From contig NW_014569545.1 in the NCBI RefSeq assembly GCF_000743755.1, positions 1 to 64,000 of the forward strand: 64,000 nt of DNA. The letters are read 5' to 3'. The translations under genes and the position numbers were made by a program. Origin of the DNA: Blastocystis sp. subtype 4 (lineage: Eukaryota). Shown in pieces: positions 1-13,098 of the stretch. The notes beneath the pieces are model-generated. The model worked only from the letters and a program-made list of their open reading frames with translations. It was not told the DNA's origin and searched no databases. Positions within the stretch are counted from its first letter, which is position 1; each line of letters begins with the position of its first letter.

Positions 1-544
1 CTTGTTGTTCTCGGCAAATATGCGACGAAGTGTCGCAGCAGTACGAACAGGAACAGTAGACTTCTCAACCTATGTCTCAGATCCAGACAGAAGAGTTACA
101 ATGATTTTGTCACTTCTAGATACACGGGCAATTGTACGAGCAGCAAGCTCAAGATAACGCAAGTTAGCAGCACTTCCGGCACCAATTCCGAACGTCTTTG
201 TAGGAGTCTATAGCTCATATCCCTCAGGAGAAACCGACATTCACAGCTAAGAACACCATCTCCGCCTCAGCAATTCCCTTCTCTACGTCCGAGCTGAAGA
301 AGAGATTCTTTCCACGAGTCTGTTGGACGACTTCCAATAAACCAGGTTCATAAATGGGAAGACTATCACTATTCCATTCCTTTATTCTTTGTTCATTCAG
401 GTCCACAACAGTCACTTTGATTTCAGGACACTTCAGAGCAATAATAGCCATAGTAGGTCCACCAACATATCCTGCTCCAACACAACAAATAGACTTGACG
501 CTGGATATCACAAGAATCCAAAATGCCTACTCCTTCACCTGCAT
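1..544 (-). CDS. UGDH: UDP-glucose 6-dehydrogenase (3' end runs off window)
   Basis: Motifs [36 protein letters not shown] after removing GT-AG introns 501-530, 208-238 and 70-99; ATG at 544. Confidence 0.95.
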
Positions 545-625
545 ATTATTTCCAGTATTCTCTGGTTCTTAAATCAAACCGCGGGAATCTTGTAACGCTT
601 GTCACATCTAAAAACAAAAAGACTC

Positions 626-1188
626 ATGGAAACAGAAGAAGAAAAGAAATGTTTGTGTAGTATATGTCAACAGGAAAAGGCAAAGTGAGTTATAGAGTTT
701 CATTTCATTACAACTAGATATAAATGTCCAAAATGTTCTTCTGGATACTGTAGTGTTCAATGCTACAAATCTCATAAGGTACCACTGAATCTGTAGGTTG
801 ATGTGAGTAGGAAATGTGTGGTGGGGAGAGTTCCAACGGAGTTGATTTAATTGTAAAGACTGCAGATGAGAATTCTGAACTGGATTCAGAGGAGGAATCT
901 CGAGACGATATTACTGGTTCTTTGATACCTCGAGAAAACCTAGAGCAAATTCGGGAATCAGGTGGATATGCTTTTGGAGTTTGACATGTAGAGAGTATTC
1001 GTGAGTTACTGAACGAACCATATATTCAAAAGGCCATTCTTAGTGTTATCGAAAGCGAAGATAAGGAAAGGCGATTGAATGAACTGAAAGAGAATTCGGA
1101 ATTTTCTATCCTTATTGATGAACTGCTACTTTGTGTTAAAGTAGCACGAAGAAGGGAAGATGGAAGTATTGAATATATTGGTATCTGA
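626..1188 (+). CDS. HIT-type zinc finger protein (ZNHIT3/Hit1-like)
   Basis: Spliced translation CSIC...KYKCPKCSSGYCSVQCYKSHK, then helical C-terminus; about 3 short introns. Confidence 0.8.
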
Positions 1189-1232
1189 TGTCATTTAGTA
1201 GTAGGTTTATCCAGTTTATTTACAAACACCGA

Positions 1233-1979
1233 AATCTAGAAAACTCTCTCTCTTTTTCTCTTTAAGTAGCTCTACATACTGCTCATAAGAAAGAGATTTC
1301 TTTTCGGTCTGGAACCTCCTAAGATGGATGTGATCGATCACAGGTCTACAAAGAATAATGGATCGAAAAGAACTACGTTGATCCATAGTAACCACTCTTC
1401 TCAATGAGATGTTCCAGAGTTTCTTCCTTGTCCCACCCTTCTTGTAATTGAAAATCAATAGACCTACCTTGTTCAGTGGCTACTTCTGGAAGATAGACAG
1501 CTCGATAATGACGATTTCGTTCCTCAAAGGAAATGATGATTCCATGCCTACCGACCTAAGATTGATATCAAACAGTAATTTCACTTCCCAATCCATTGGA
1601 TCATTTGCATCTTCAAAATCGTATAACAAAGATACAGTACATTGCAAACGCTTAACTTCGCTAAGTCTAATTGGACTGAAGCGTGGATCTTCAAACGCAC
1701 TAGGGTTTATCACAATAACCCAATAGGACCTTGCCCTGGCATATCGTTCAATATTCGACAAGGGAACGGGTGATAGACAGCCTATACATCCTCGAAGACG
1801 GTATTCATTCTTTTCAATCGTTTTCCATGTCACAAATATACCACTACAGTTGAGAATCACATCTTGTCGTACCGTTCAAGTAATTGATCGAACTCAGGAA
1901 CTGGAATTGGCAACCCTTTTAGTTGACATATTAAGACATCGAAGCAATGCATGATCATTTCATTTTGGACTACACTCAT
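1233..1979 (-). CDS. AMMECR1-domain protein (stop probably made by polyadenylation at 1233; genomic TAA at 1216-1218)
   Basis: IFVTW, LRGCIG, SAFEDPRFSPI, CTVSLL motifs; MHCFDVL N-terminus. Confidence 0.9.
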
Positions 1980-2184
1980 TACCACTTTCAAGTTGACAAG
2001 AACACACTTGACAAAAGGCTGACAGCCTTAGTAAATTCTGGAATTGTCGAAATCGCTCCTTTTTTCGTCAAGAATTCCAGAAGAACGAAAGATTTTGGTC
2101 GTCTACAAGCAGCTGAAAAGCAGATCATTCTTTTTCGATTGTGGCAGAGTCGTTTTACTAAAGCAATTTATCCGGTGTGCTTTG

Positions 2185-4403
2185 ATGGCTAACACGTTGA
2201 AGAAGGACTCTATTGTATTCATTGACGAAGTCAATGGTTTTAACAGTGGTATCAACGTAATTGAGCTGAAAGAGACACTCAGGAAAGTGGGGATTGTATG
2301 ATATATTGATTGTTTATTATTTGTTAGTGTGTTGCCGATTCGTATTCTTCAAGTGTTACTCATTTCATTTATTGTCTTTTTACGTATTGCTATGTTTGAT
2401 TCTTGTTATTCTAGTGATGATATGAAACGAGCTGTTCCTCGGAGTGATTGTAACTCTGAAACAGAATCTGGAATTGAAGATATCCGGTGTAAACACGCAG
2501 AGTTGTGCAGTCTAGCAGTTAGTCAAGGAAAGGTCATCGTAAGCATCGAACATATCCTTGCTTTGAATCTCAGTTAATTTATTAACCACACGTATTACAA
2601 CTCTTGTGAATACCCTTCGTGCTCAGATCGGTTACCCTTCCATTAAGCATTCAGGGTATTTGTAATGTAATGATAACATGGCTAGTTATCTGAGTTCGGA
2701 TGGTCGCACGTATAGTGTATCAAAGCCTGTGATTATTCGGGATAAAACAAAACATTATAAAGCTGTTTCGTTAGTAAGGTAAACTGATATGGTCTGATTC
2801 TAGGATGCGTCCATCTACATGCCTCCACTGTTTAATAGAGAATGTCCAGCAGGTATTTCTCCGTTTATTCCTCAAGAAATGTGGAAACAGTACATTCATT
2901 CATTATTGTTGATGTAAAGATTTCATGAAGAGTTACGACGTAAACTGCTGAATATTCGCACTGATGCTATCGCACGGAAAGAAGGCCGTTTTCAGGATGC
3001 AACATGGAAAGAAGCCTATATTAAAAAGAGTGTGAAGAAAAAGCAGGCGAAGACAAGAACGTGTGAGCTATGTCATATTCAGTTCCATAACTATGTCCAG
3101 GTTCACTTGAGTATGATCATTCATGATTAGCATGTTGCAACTTCTCAACATATTCAAAGTATGAATGCACCGCAGTACTTCCCATTCCTTATTGACATCT
3201 TTTCACGGTTAATCAATGTTTCTTGGCGGACGGAGTATGGAATCATTACTCATCAGAAACTTCCTCCTCAGCAATCACCAGAACAGTTACTGTTATATTT
3301 GCGATCGCTTTATCCTTCTTTGGTTGATTCAGACATTAATTGTCTCTCACCTCACATGTCATCTATCTCCACCGAAACAGCTGCTGACAATCCCAGTGAC
3401 ATTATACGCACCACCTCTGCTGATGGAGTAAATGCCAACTTGCATCCTGAGGCACATGAATCAATTTCTGTGTTTTCTCACTGTTGTCAAAAAGGCTCCA
3501 ATTATTGCACTTGGCTTTTTCCTCAGTTTTATTCCTTCATACAAGTAAGTGACACTTCTAGCATCTGATTCTTAGTCCACCGGAAAGGTCCAGAAACTCC
3601 ATCCTAGTCGATCAGACGAACAATTCACGTTCTCTCAGTTCTCACCTTGTCCTCTTCCTCAATCTACCTTTCTTTCAACAACATCGGATCCCCGCGGGTC
3701 TGTTGTTCACTCGGTATCGTTCAACCAACTACGTCAGCGACAGCCTTCTGCAAAGAAACCACGGAAGCAATCGTTTCCTGTTCCAACTCTTCTCCCTTCC
3801 TCTCTACGAACTTCAGGCGAATCCAATCGAGTCTGCATTGCTTCTTATCCAATTCCTCATGAAGAAGGGATTCCCACGGGAATCGACACGACATTGGGAT
3901 ATGATTTGCATCGATCTCCACCTCTCAATCGGTCTCCTGTTGCAAGTATTTCATCATCTCGAGAATTGTATCAGAGTATGTTAACATGTCCATCAGCTGT
4001 CTTGTCCACAATCCCTACCGAATCCTATCGGACCTTGTCACCTATGTATCAACCTGCCGACATTACATCAATTTCACCTCCATTTCCGTCATTCCAGAAT
4101 CCTTACTCGTCTGGAGTTCCTGTTTCGTTTGCTCCATCTACTTCTATTCAACAAAGTGTTGCCTACCAGTCTCCTCTGGGGTACGATATGGCAGGGAAGG
4201 AATCCATGCAAGATCGACGGAGTGTACTCTTTGATTCAGCAGGAAGGAGTCCTGTGACGAATTTAGATGAAGTTAAAACCATTCCCGCGGATATTGTTGC
4301 TTGTTTGCGGATGGATTCATCGGATCATGTTCCAGATCCAGAGCATGATATTCCTTTGATGGAAGCAGTTAAAAGTGAAGTGAAAGTTGTTGAAAGGGAG
4401 TAG
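2185..4403 (+). CDS. Dbf4/ASK-like Cdc7 activator with Ser/Pro-rich tail
   Basis: BRCT-like motif N (LRKVGI..VTHFIY), motif-M-like KPVIIRDKTKHYK, DBF-type zinc finger CELCHIQFHNYVQ-HVATSQH; many introns. Confidence 0.6.
2552..2591 (+). other. AT-AC (U12-type) intron, 40 nt
   Basis: 5' ATATCCTT, branch-like TTTATTAAC, 3' CACAC; removal deletes an in-frame TAA and restores the frame (SIE-R-ITTLVN). Confidence 0.8.
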
Positions 4404-4475
4404 AAAGGATTTGTATTTTGTGTTACCACTGTATCAAATTTTCTATTTCTTGATTGTCTGTTTTCAGTAATAATC

Positions 4476-5719
4476 ATGGAGCCAGCACATATCCTTCCTG
4501 TGGGAGATTACGAATAGTGTTGATTGGAGTATAGGAATCGGATCTCACCTGGCTGACAGATACAGGAAACCGGTTTCGTCACCTTCAAGGAGTCGATCGG
4601 TTGAATGAGGAGTTCTTATGTCTTCTAAGTTGGTTATCCACAAACCGATATGAGGAAAAGGCAGTTGAAAAGGTTAAAACGGATTTTGATTTGGTTATTC
4701 ACAAGTTCACTTCTAAACTGAACTATCGCTATGTTGGAAGCACTGAATGTCATTTGTAAGTATGGAAAATCGTATTAAGAATAGAAATCACCCCAATAGT
4801 GATGTCAATGTACTTGTGGACTCTTGTTCTTCTCAGTTTGTCTCATTCATGAAAGAGTCTCACTATTTTGGAGATATCCAATCTTGTGAAGGAGGTGTGA
4901 TTGCTCATCATATCGTAGTCTTCTCTCTGATATCTGATGTAGGGGACAGGGATCCAACTATCGATAACGGTTTCTTCTTCAATGGAAGTATCGCTGACAT
5001 CCTTTTGTGGGCAACTTGAGAAGATACCAAAGTATCGACCTCTGTATCTCTTTATCAAATACTATTTCCTTCAGCATCGATTGGATGCCACTCCTCATTC
5101 GGCACCGCATTTTGTTTTATTCTCCGTTCTCTATGCAATCCAAGTTCTAGCTTCGAATAATTCATTTCTAACTCTTGGTGATCTGTTCCTTCTCTACATT
5201 CAGTATTATGGTAACAAGCAGTCTTATCTTTCTGAAAATAATGATTATCCCTTTATATCATATTATGATAGTCTTTTGAAACAGTTTCATATCTCTTGGG
5301 ATTGTCAATCAGCTATGATGCATCGCTATGTACATGTGGATTACTATCACTTGGATTATATCTAGCAAGTAACAACCTCTCTCCAGGATTCATATACTCG
5401 TTTGCAAGCTCGAATGAATGATCCTTCAATCACTCCTTCCTATCTCTCCATTCTCTATCAGAACACTCCTCGTCATAATGTCTTTAAAGGATCGTTATCT
5501 CACTTCTAGTACACCATCTCCTCATCTGTGTATTTCCATTCTCCCTCTCAGGGATTACTTGTTCAGTCGTGTGATACAATATCCATTGTATTTCCATTTG
5601 TTACTTTCATTCACACATACAACCTCTTTTCGGTTCATTCCCTCGTTGGATCATCATAGGACTGATAGGCTGTTGTATCTACTTGCTAATTGCTTTCATG
5701 GTTATCTGGTACATCGTTT
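4476..5719 (+). CDS. Non-canonical poly(A) polymerase / terminal nucleotidyltransferase-like (Trf4/PAPD5-like, divergent)
   Basis: RLNEEFL N-terminal helix, YVGS...NSDVNVLV nucleotidyltransferase-like motif, RPLYLFIKYY, LGDLFLLYIQYYG; 3' exon structure uncertain. Confidence 0.5.
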
Positions 5720-5773
5720 GTTCTGTTTGTTCTAAACTCAATACTTATTCATTCAACAAACACTTTAAAAGCA

Positions 5774-7640
5774 CTATACTTTGACAAGAAGAGGAGCTTC
5801 TTCTAGATGATCTTCTCCATGAACTCCTCCAGCTTCAACTAATGAATTTCGCAAACTTCGTGTATCCATTCCTGATATTACATTCTTCACTCGTCTCAAC
5901 ACACTTCCTACACCCTCACTGGCTGCACGGAAGGATTCGATCGACACCACACGTTGTAGAGAGTTTGTCGATACGGTAGGAGACAATGAGGCTGGATCTG
6001 GACTGATCGATTCACAATTGGGTAGCATATCAAACAGAGGTGTTTCGCTGCTTACAGGTTCAATGTGAGCAACTTCCACATCCGTATGTTGCAACTGCTT
6101 TTGGATGGATGCAATGTATTCCAACACTGCTTGTTCGTCATCTGCATATGTGTAAAAGAGAACGAAGCAAATAATGCCTGCTATATAAAAATACTCCGTA
6201 GTCATTATTAGTGAATCAATTCGATTCTCAAAACTAGATGTCAAAAAACCCCTTGATTTTGGTACCCTGTTAGATAGATGAAAACAATGGGCCCTAGAAT
6301 GCGTCCGATATTGTTAAATACCTCACTGACCGCAATCACGGTGGATCGACACTGAGGTCGATTAACATTGAGTAACATCATACGAATACAGGGACCAGGA
6401 ATACTGAGGAGCAGTCCCAGGAAGAAGAGAACAATAGAGTGCAGAATCACTGTTACTGTGAATGAATCGGTCGTGAGCCGGAAGAGCGAAGCAATGAGAG
6501 GAAGTGACAGGAAATAACACACACTTACAGCTACAGGCAACAGTGATTTGTTGAACGAGCATCTACTGAATAATGGAATTCCAGAAAGAGTACAAAAAAC
6601 TGCATATGATCCCTGCGACGGCACTGCCTAATGCAGCTCCGACACCAAAGACCAAGATTAGGGTTGATGCCAAATCAATTGAGAATTTCCGTTCAACACA
6701 GAGAATATTGTGTAGATAAATCGTATAGACTCCCCATGGCATAGATCCAGGGAGTCCTTGGAGGAAGAGCAACCAATTTGATCGGATCTTAAAAACGTCT
6801 TTTAGAATGGAAACATTCAATTTCATACCTTCGCCTTCCAGTTCCATGGATATCTCGATCTCTGATTCGTTAATCTGCATGACATTTGTAGATTCACTCT
6901 TTAGCTTATCTGTAGACTCTGGACGAGGTATTCGCAGTCCATCTGCTTCACCATTATGTGGAAACTCAACAACTAAACATGAATAGCAATTCCCATACCA
7001 TACACTTCAAACATAGAATTGAGAGCAATCCAAGTGTAGAAGTTAATTGGAAGAAAGATCTCCAGCCAAACTTCGATCCAATGAAACCACTTAGGGTCTG
7101 ACCCATCAGTTGACCCAAACCAACAACAATTGAGGAGACTACAGAAGCTGTAGACCTCTGACTGCTGGGAAAGATGTCACCGAGAATGGACAGGAAGATG
7201 GGGAGACTCGAGGTAACAAGTGCACCCGAAACGCCTCTCCAAATACATAGAATCGTATATGACTTAAAGCAAGAGAAGATAAAGGAAGATAGATGACAGG
7301 CCAAGGAGATCACAAAGAACATGCTCCGTCGGCTATTTGAATCCGCAATAAAGGAAAAGATGAGCGAAAATGGACACCCAATGCAAAAGAAAATAGTATT
7401 CAATCGACTGCCTACAGATTAGGGTGTACAGACAACAATACCCAAGTAGTAATCTTGTTCCACTTCACTAAATCCAAATTCACTTGCCATAAGTGAAAGC
7501 ACTGGTGAGAAGGCATTGTAGTAAAAGTAGGTAAGGGTAGTCACCGTAGATAATACTATAATTGCCGGAAGGTACCGTACAATCTCTTTTGATTCCTTCG
7601 CTCCCACCTTCTGTTGGATGAACGCCCGTAGTATATCCAT
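5774..7640 (-). CDS. Major facilitator superfamily transporter (spinster-like)
   Basis: Many hydrophobic helices; FIADSNSRR motif-A-like, GDIFPSSQRS, FGWRSFF; about 5 introns; TGTTTGTT at 5755-5762. Confidence 0.85.
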
Positions 7641-7909
7641 TTGTCTCTATCACAGTATCAATGCTTCAACAGGAACCTAGCCAAACTACAATTTGACAGG
7701 TTGAGAACAAATCAATGAAAACACAAAACGCTGGAAATTGAGGTATGAACCGTATTCATTTAAGGACTTCTTTCTACCCAGTTCGTACTTTGTCCTTAAC
7801 AAGAATATCTCAGATCCACGGATCTCCCGAAAACTAAACCGTTACCCCTTAGATGTGGCAACAAACAAAATGCAAAAAACTTGTAAAGGTAATAACTAGA
7901 TCCAGTCCA

Positions 7910-8431
7910 TCAAACGTCCCAACAAGACTTAAAAGAAGCGTTCTCAGTATTCTTCACACAACGAGAATTACATGGTCGATCATAGAGTGAAACGTGAACC
8001 GAATTGAGAACGTCCTGAAGCGCCACAAAACATAATACACGCTGCTGGTCAAAAAAATCAGTCTCAATCTCTTTTGTCAGCACTGATCCAGCAGTAAATT
8101 GCAGACTAGGATGACAATCATCCACTAACGCACTGTTACTATCACTTGACACAGATAGACATTCCTGTTCTTCGTCTCCAAGAATGTCTGTAATCTGTGC
8201 CCAATGGTCAATAGTCCCTCCCCTGCAATTCTTGCGTTGATTGGAGACAATCAATCGAAACCTTACTTTAGCCCCTAAAACAACTTTCTTCCGTATGCAA
8301 CTCGGAATTTCGTCTGTAAAGAAGATAATGTCACGTTTCCCCATAATCTTGGTGGAACAACGAATGAAGCCCTGCTTCTCTTGACAATACTGGACCTTTC
8401 CAGTACAATATGTGTCATTATCTCCTAGCAT
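7910..8431 (-). CDS. Hypothetical protein with N-terminal cold-shock/OB-fold-like segment
   Basis: Intact 173-aa ORF; TGKVQY...QGFIRC...DIIFF...GAKVRF pattern; TGTTTGTT at 7860-7867. Confidence 0.45.
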   Translation of the reverse strand: MLGDNDTYCTGKVQYCQEKQGFIRCSTKIMGKRDIIFFTDEIPSCIRKKVVLGAKVRFRLIVSNQRKNCRGGTIDHWAQITDILGDEEQECLSVSSDSNSALVDDCHPSLQFTAGSVLTKEIETDFFDQQRVLCFVALQDVLNSVHVSLYDRPCNSRCVKNTENASFKSCWDV

Positions 8432-8537
8432 TAATATTACAATATAAACAAAAAGTGTAGATCACAAAAAGACAGTTTACCCACTGGACGTGCAATTTAT
8501 AATTATCAAGAAACAAATGATCTTCTTGGATTACTCA

Positions 8538-8888
8538 TTATGCCGTATTCATTGGATTTGATGCATCAATATTTACAACCCGGACCTTGGGTTTTGAGAG
8601 TTGGTAAATTTCCACTCCCCAAACAATACTCCAAATCCACCCGATGATCAGGAGCCCGGTTAAACATTGGATGATTCCAACTAGAAATACCTTTCCGTCG
8701 CAGTTTTCGCGCTCCACTTCAATACAGGCGGCAATCATTGTACCTAAACCTAGTTATCACTGTTATAGTGAAAATCGACCTGGAAAAATACAGTTCACAA
8801 TCAGGAGAACCACTCCTCGATTCTCAGGTACACGAGGGATTCGGAGACAATCTGAACTCTCTTCGTTTCGTTGCGATGTTGGTTCCAT
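8538..8888 (-). CDS. Small membrane protein, stum/SPEC3-like
   Basis: LLIVNCIFP-GLGTMIAAC...GIIQCLT...IGWIWSIVWG signature across one short intron. Confidence 0.75.
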
Positions 8889-8990
8889 TCTTAGTGCGAA
8901 AATGGAGATTACGAAGTCTCTATATCCTCAGCGAAGAAGGAAGATATAGTTCCAACAAACATCAGTAAACAATACTAGATTACAAACCCA

Positions 8991-11646
8991 CTACCTTGGG
9001 AGAGTACAACTCTACACATCAGCATAGATGACAACCTGAACCCGGAAGATAAACCGGCGATAGAACCCCCTCTTTAAAAACTCATTTGAAATAGTTTGAC
9101 ACACATAGTCCAATTCAGATGGTCTACACATTACCTTAAACCAGTTAAAACAACTTGACAACGATAATAATAACTCGATATTTGTGGACTGAAAGAGAGT
9201 AGAATATCTCCTTTTGCTACAAGTCACACTACATACAATCATCTACACGTTGTTGATAGTCACTATCAATTAGAATATCAACGGGATACTAGACAATGAT
9301 GCGAATAAAATTCCCAAACATTATAGATCGTTGCTCCCTGAATTCCGTAACACTCTTCAGTTCTGGTTTTCAGTACATTGTAACACTATTACTAATTCAA
9401 TGCAAAGGAATATACATCTACAAATACGAGATTCTTGAGATCTGTTGCACGTAACTTCATCAATTCTTCAGAAGAAATGTCATATCGAAAAGGATACGAA
9501 TTGTAGTCATACCCTTCACAGATTTGGTCATTAGCAATCAACTCGTCAATCTGTTGGAATTCTCGCTGGACCGATCGAGGAAGTGTAGCAAATATCAAGA
9601 AAGTCTTACGAAGAACAGTAACAAAGTCTACAATGGGAATATTATCATCCATCTCCTTGAAAATCGACATAGTCTTTTCAAAGCTGCTCTTCATCTTATT
9701 AGTATCAAATAAGTCATACTACCATCAGAATGGATCGCAGTTCATCCAAAATTGCAACAGAGAGACAGATAAGAATGAAATCTCCCGAATCTACAGAAAG
9801 AAGCATATCAATTAAAATGAAGGATTGGGAAGAAGGGAAAATTCCCATAAATAATTGGATAAACCAATCCCAAGCATAGAATTCTGGTTCCATACCGATT
9901 TCTCGGAGTCTGTGATAAATCTGAGGCGAATAAATGCGCAGAAGCTCATTATGGAGAGCATTTCGACTTTCTGCAAACTGCAATTTGTGAGCAGAACGGA
10001 TACAAGGATAATATCGATCTATAATAGAGGATGGGATAAAGGAAATAAAAACAGATAACACAAAGGATATTCAGAAACTGACGTCGCAAATCACGTTCCT
10101 CTACACCCAAAACAAGCAATCCAGAGAGTGCCAACATTCCTTGAACATATTCATTGTCATCACTCTCTTGAAGCCAGTCTTCTAACAACAATTCCAATTT
10201 ATCTGCTTTTTCTGGATCTATTTAAGAATTGGTTGGTTTTCATTACTTCGTGATATTTCATTAAATCGACATCGATACTTATCTTCAGCTATCAGAGATC
10301 GTTGATGCTGCCGACTTACCACAAATGAATTTTCTTTCTTCGGAATGTCCGATGTTTCAAGTCGTTCTAGTGGTTTATGAAGTCGAGGCGACGAAAAGAA
10401 CGAATAACTACTATCATTGTCACTCTCAGCAGCAGGTAGATGAACTGAATGTCTCTCTGTGCAGTATATTGGAGATTCTTCAGACTGAACAGGATAAGTC
10501 GTCTGACCCAATTTGAGTACCACTTCTCCTAATGAGGGAATGGTGAGATTGGGATCCGATAGTAGGGTAGAGCGCCGTTTGGATCTTTCTCCATCAGTGG
10601 AACAGGAAGACTGATGACGAGTTTTACCTGCTGGAATATCGATCTGAGCTTCGTGTTCTCCCATATCATCCTCCCAGTATGGTTCTTCCTCTGGGGGATA
10701 GAAGGGAGAGGGAACACCATCATACTGGGTGCCTGAGATAGGAAACGAACGTACTGAGGAACCATCTTCATGTGGCGAGACACGCTCACTCACAAAAGGG
10801 TTTGGACGCTGAGGCCGAAAATACTCAAGAGTCACATCCGAGGGGTCTCCGAAAGGATTCTTACCCTTTGTCTGTTGAGACTTGGAAGCGCGTCCGGGAG
10901 GACTTGCCGAGAAAGCCTTAGGGGGATATGTATCTTCTGGCTCTGTGAGTGGGTCTCGATCAGAAGATTCGTCTCGGAACAGCTCGCTTGCCAATCGGTT
11001 TGTACGCAATAACTCTTTCATTCGCAAGGCATCAGGATCGACACCAAGGAGGATTTTCCAAACGTCGACACTAGAAATAAGAAAGATCAACTAATAAGAC
11101 CGAAATGCTAGTGGATAGAGAAGACACGGGAAAAAAGAAGCAAAATCATTTGAATCGCGATGGTAGTTCCTAGATAATCACAGAACAGCAAGTGTACATA
11201 AGTTGTGAAAGAAAGGCAGCTACCTTTTGGTCGTGGATTAAACCGATTGTTCCATGCTTCCGTGACTCCACAATCTCAAGAGATACAAGAATATCAAAAA
11301 ATTGAGGTGTCACCCACAATCGAGCATACGAATAACTACATTATATAAATATTTCAAATTGTACTCTCGTTCGAACTTCGATATCCGGTGTGGATAGTAC
11401 GAACGAAAGAGTACTAAATAATCAGAGGATCCAGATCTCCATCCATCAACAATCTAGATTTAAGTTGCAACTCCACAATCTACTTTTCTCAACGGTTTCT
11501 CCTTCTGGTAATCACTAATCTTGGGAGGACGAAAACAATTTAAAAATGCAAACAACAAAAGCAGACAGATACATCTACGAATAATAAACAAGAATCTTCG
11601 CTAACCCTATAGAAAGACAAATTGCAAAGCTAATCAATGAAGTCAT
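8991..11646 (-). CDS. TBC (Rab-GAP) domain protein, TBC1D23-like; start approximate
   Basis: VWKILLG, YVQGM, YAWDWFIQLF, LSVAIL TBC motifs; many introns. Confidence 0.75.
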
Positions 11647-11804
11647 CTTTCAAATAGACTGAAAACCTCTGCAATACCCTCGATGACTCTGTATTCAAGT
11701 GAATATGGTATTCGGAAAGATTCGCCGAATCTGGGCTGATGAAAAACGGGACGATTATCACCTCCGAATTGAATAATAGTTTTTGCATATATTGGATAAT
11801 TGGG

Positions 11805-12395
11805 ATGAATTCAAGACGAAAACGTAAAGAGGGGCCTCCTGTGGTAGAAGATCTTATTGTTTCTTCAGGGAAAGCAGTTTCGAAGTCGACAGGACGGAAG
11901 GGGAGTCAGAGTAATTCAGAGTTTACAGAGAAACGAAAGGATTCAATTCTTAATCCTGATTATGATGATAATGTGAAGATTCATTCATAATGGTGATGGA
12001 TAGACTGAAGATTTAATTATTTCAGAACGACATAAAGGGAAATGGAGTTGTTCTATTATGGATGATCGGGCTCGGTTGTATATCATTACGATTTCAACTT
12101 TTCTCTTCGGTATTGTATGTGTCCTATACTTTTTCAACCATAGGCATCTTTGACATTCGGTTTATGGCTTCTCCTATCACCTCCACCAAAGAAAGGCAAA
12201 TTCCAAAGTGGACTTACTGCTGTAATTATTGGAGTCCTATGTAGTACAATTATTTGGAGATGATCTGTAGTATTTGCGCCTGCTTCCTATGGAGTAACAC
12301 GCATTATTCAGATGATTAGTCAAAGTAGAAAGAATCGACAGTCCAAGAGCATTAAGGATGATCAGAATTCTTATCATGTAATAACCAAAGTGTGA
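11805..12395 (+). CDS. TMEM230/TMEM134-like two-helix membrane protein
   Basis: Spliced: STFLFGIASLTFGLWLL...AVIIGVLLFAPASYGV. Confidence 0.55.
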
Positions 12396-12433
12396 TCAGT
12401 AGCATGTACCATTATTCTGTTTCCTCAAACAGT

Positions 12434-13007
12434 CTATAATCCATCATAGTATTTACGTCGCGAAGTTGCCTTGGGTTTCGTGTAGTTAGGAGAACCATAC
12501 ATTAAATCATCATACGTTGATGCTAGGTACTCCTATACAATTATTTTCACAACCAAATCCTGTACTCGTGTCTTTGGACCTGTATCACCCGTTCCTTTTC
12601 TATCCATTAAAAATCCATTAATTCATCACTTTAAGGATGTTGTACTAGCAATGATCGTGTCTCGACTTAGAATCAACTTCGTTTCCAACTCTTACGTTAT
12701 ATATTGTTTTGAATGAGTGCCCTTAGGGGTATCATGGTTCTCTGTTGAGGGACTATTTGCAGGTTGTGGAGTGGAATACACTTTCTATCTATTATTCACA
12801 AATCAAAATCCATACCTCGTAATGTGACAAAATAGCGTCTAAATGTTTATTACTTTCTTTTCGATTCAACCTAGATATTCACTTTCATACCAAGATATCA
12901 CGATTTATGACTTGAATCGGACCTTCTATCGCTTCTATACTCTTATTCCTTTCTTTCGTCTACTTGTCGGACGATGGAGACTTTGGAGGCTTAACCTTTT
13001 GGTCCAT
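12434..13007 (-). CDS. Hypothetical hydrophilic protein (multi-exon)
   Basis: ATG at 13007; the first exons join in frame through ~30-nt GT-AG introns; later exons less certain. Confidence 0.45.
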
Positions 13008-13098
13008 CTATACTAAACAATTATCTATCAACGGAGCGTTAACTGGTGAAAAGAAAATGAAATACTTAGATTCCCGTGATTTTCATCAGAGTAACATA

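Noticed and set aside
12821..12830. AATGTGACAA as a promoter motif instance
   Set aside because: Lies inside an inferred coding exon
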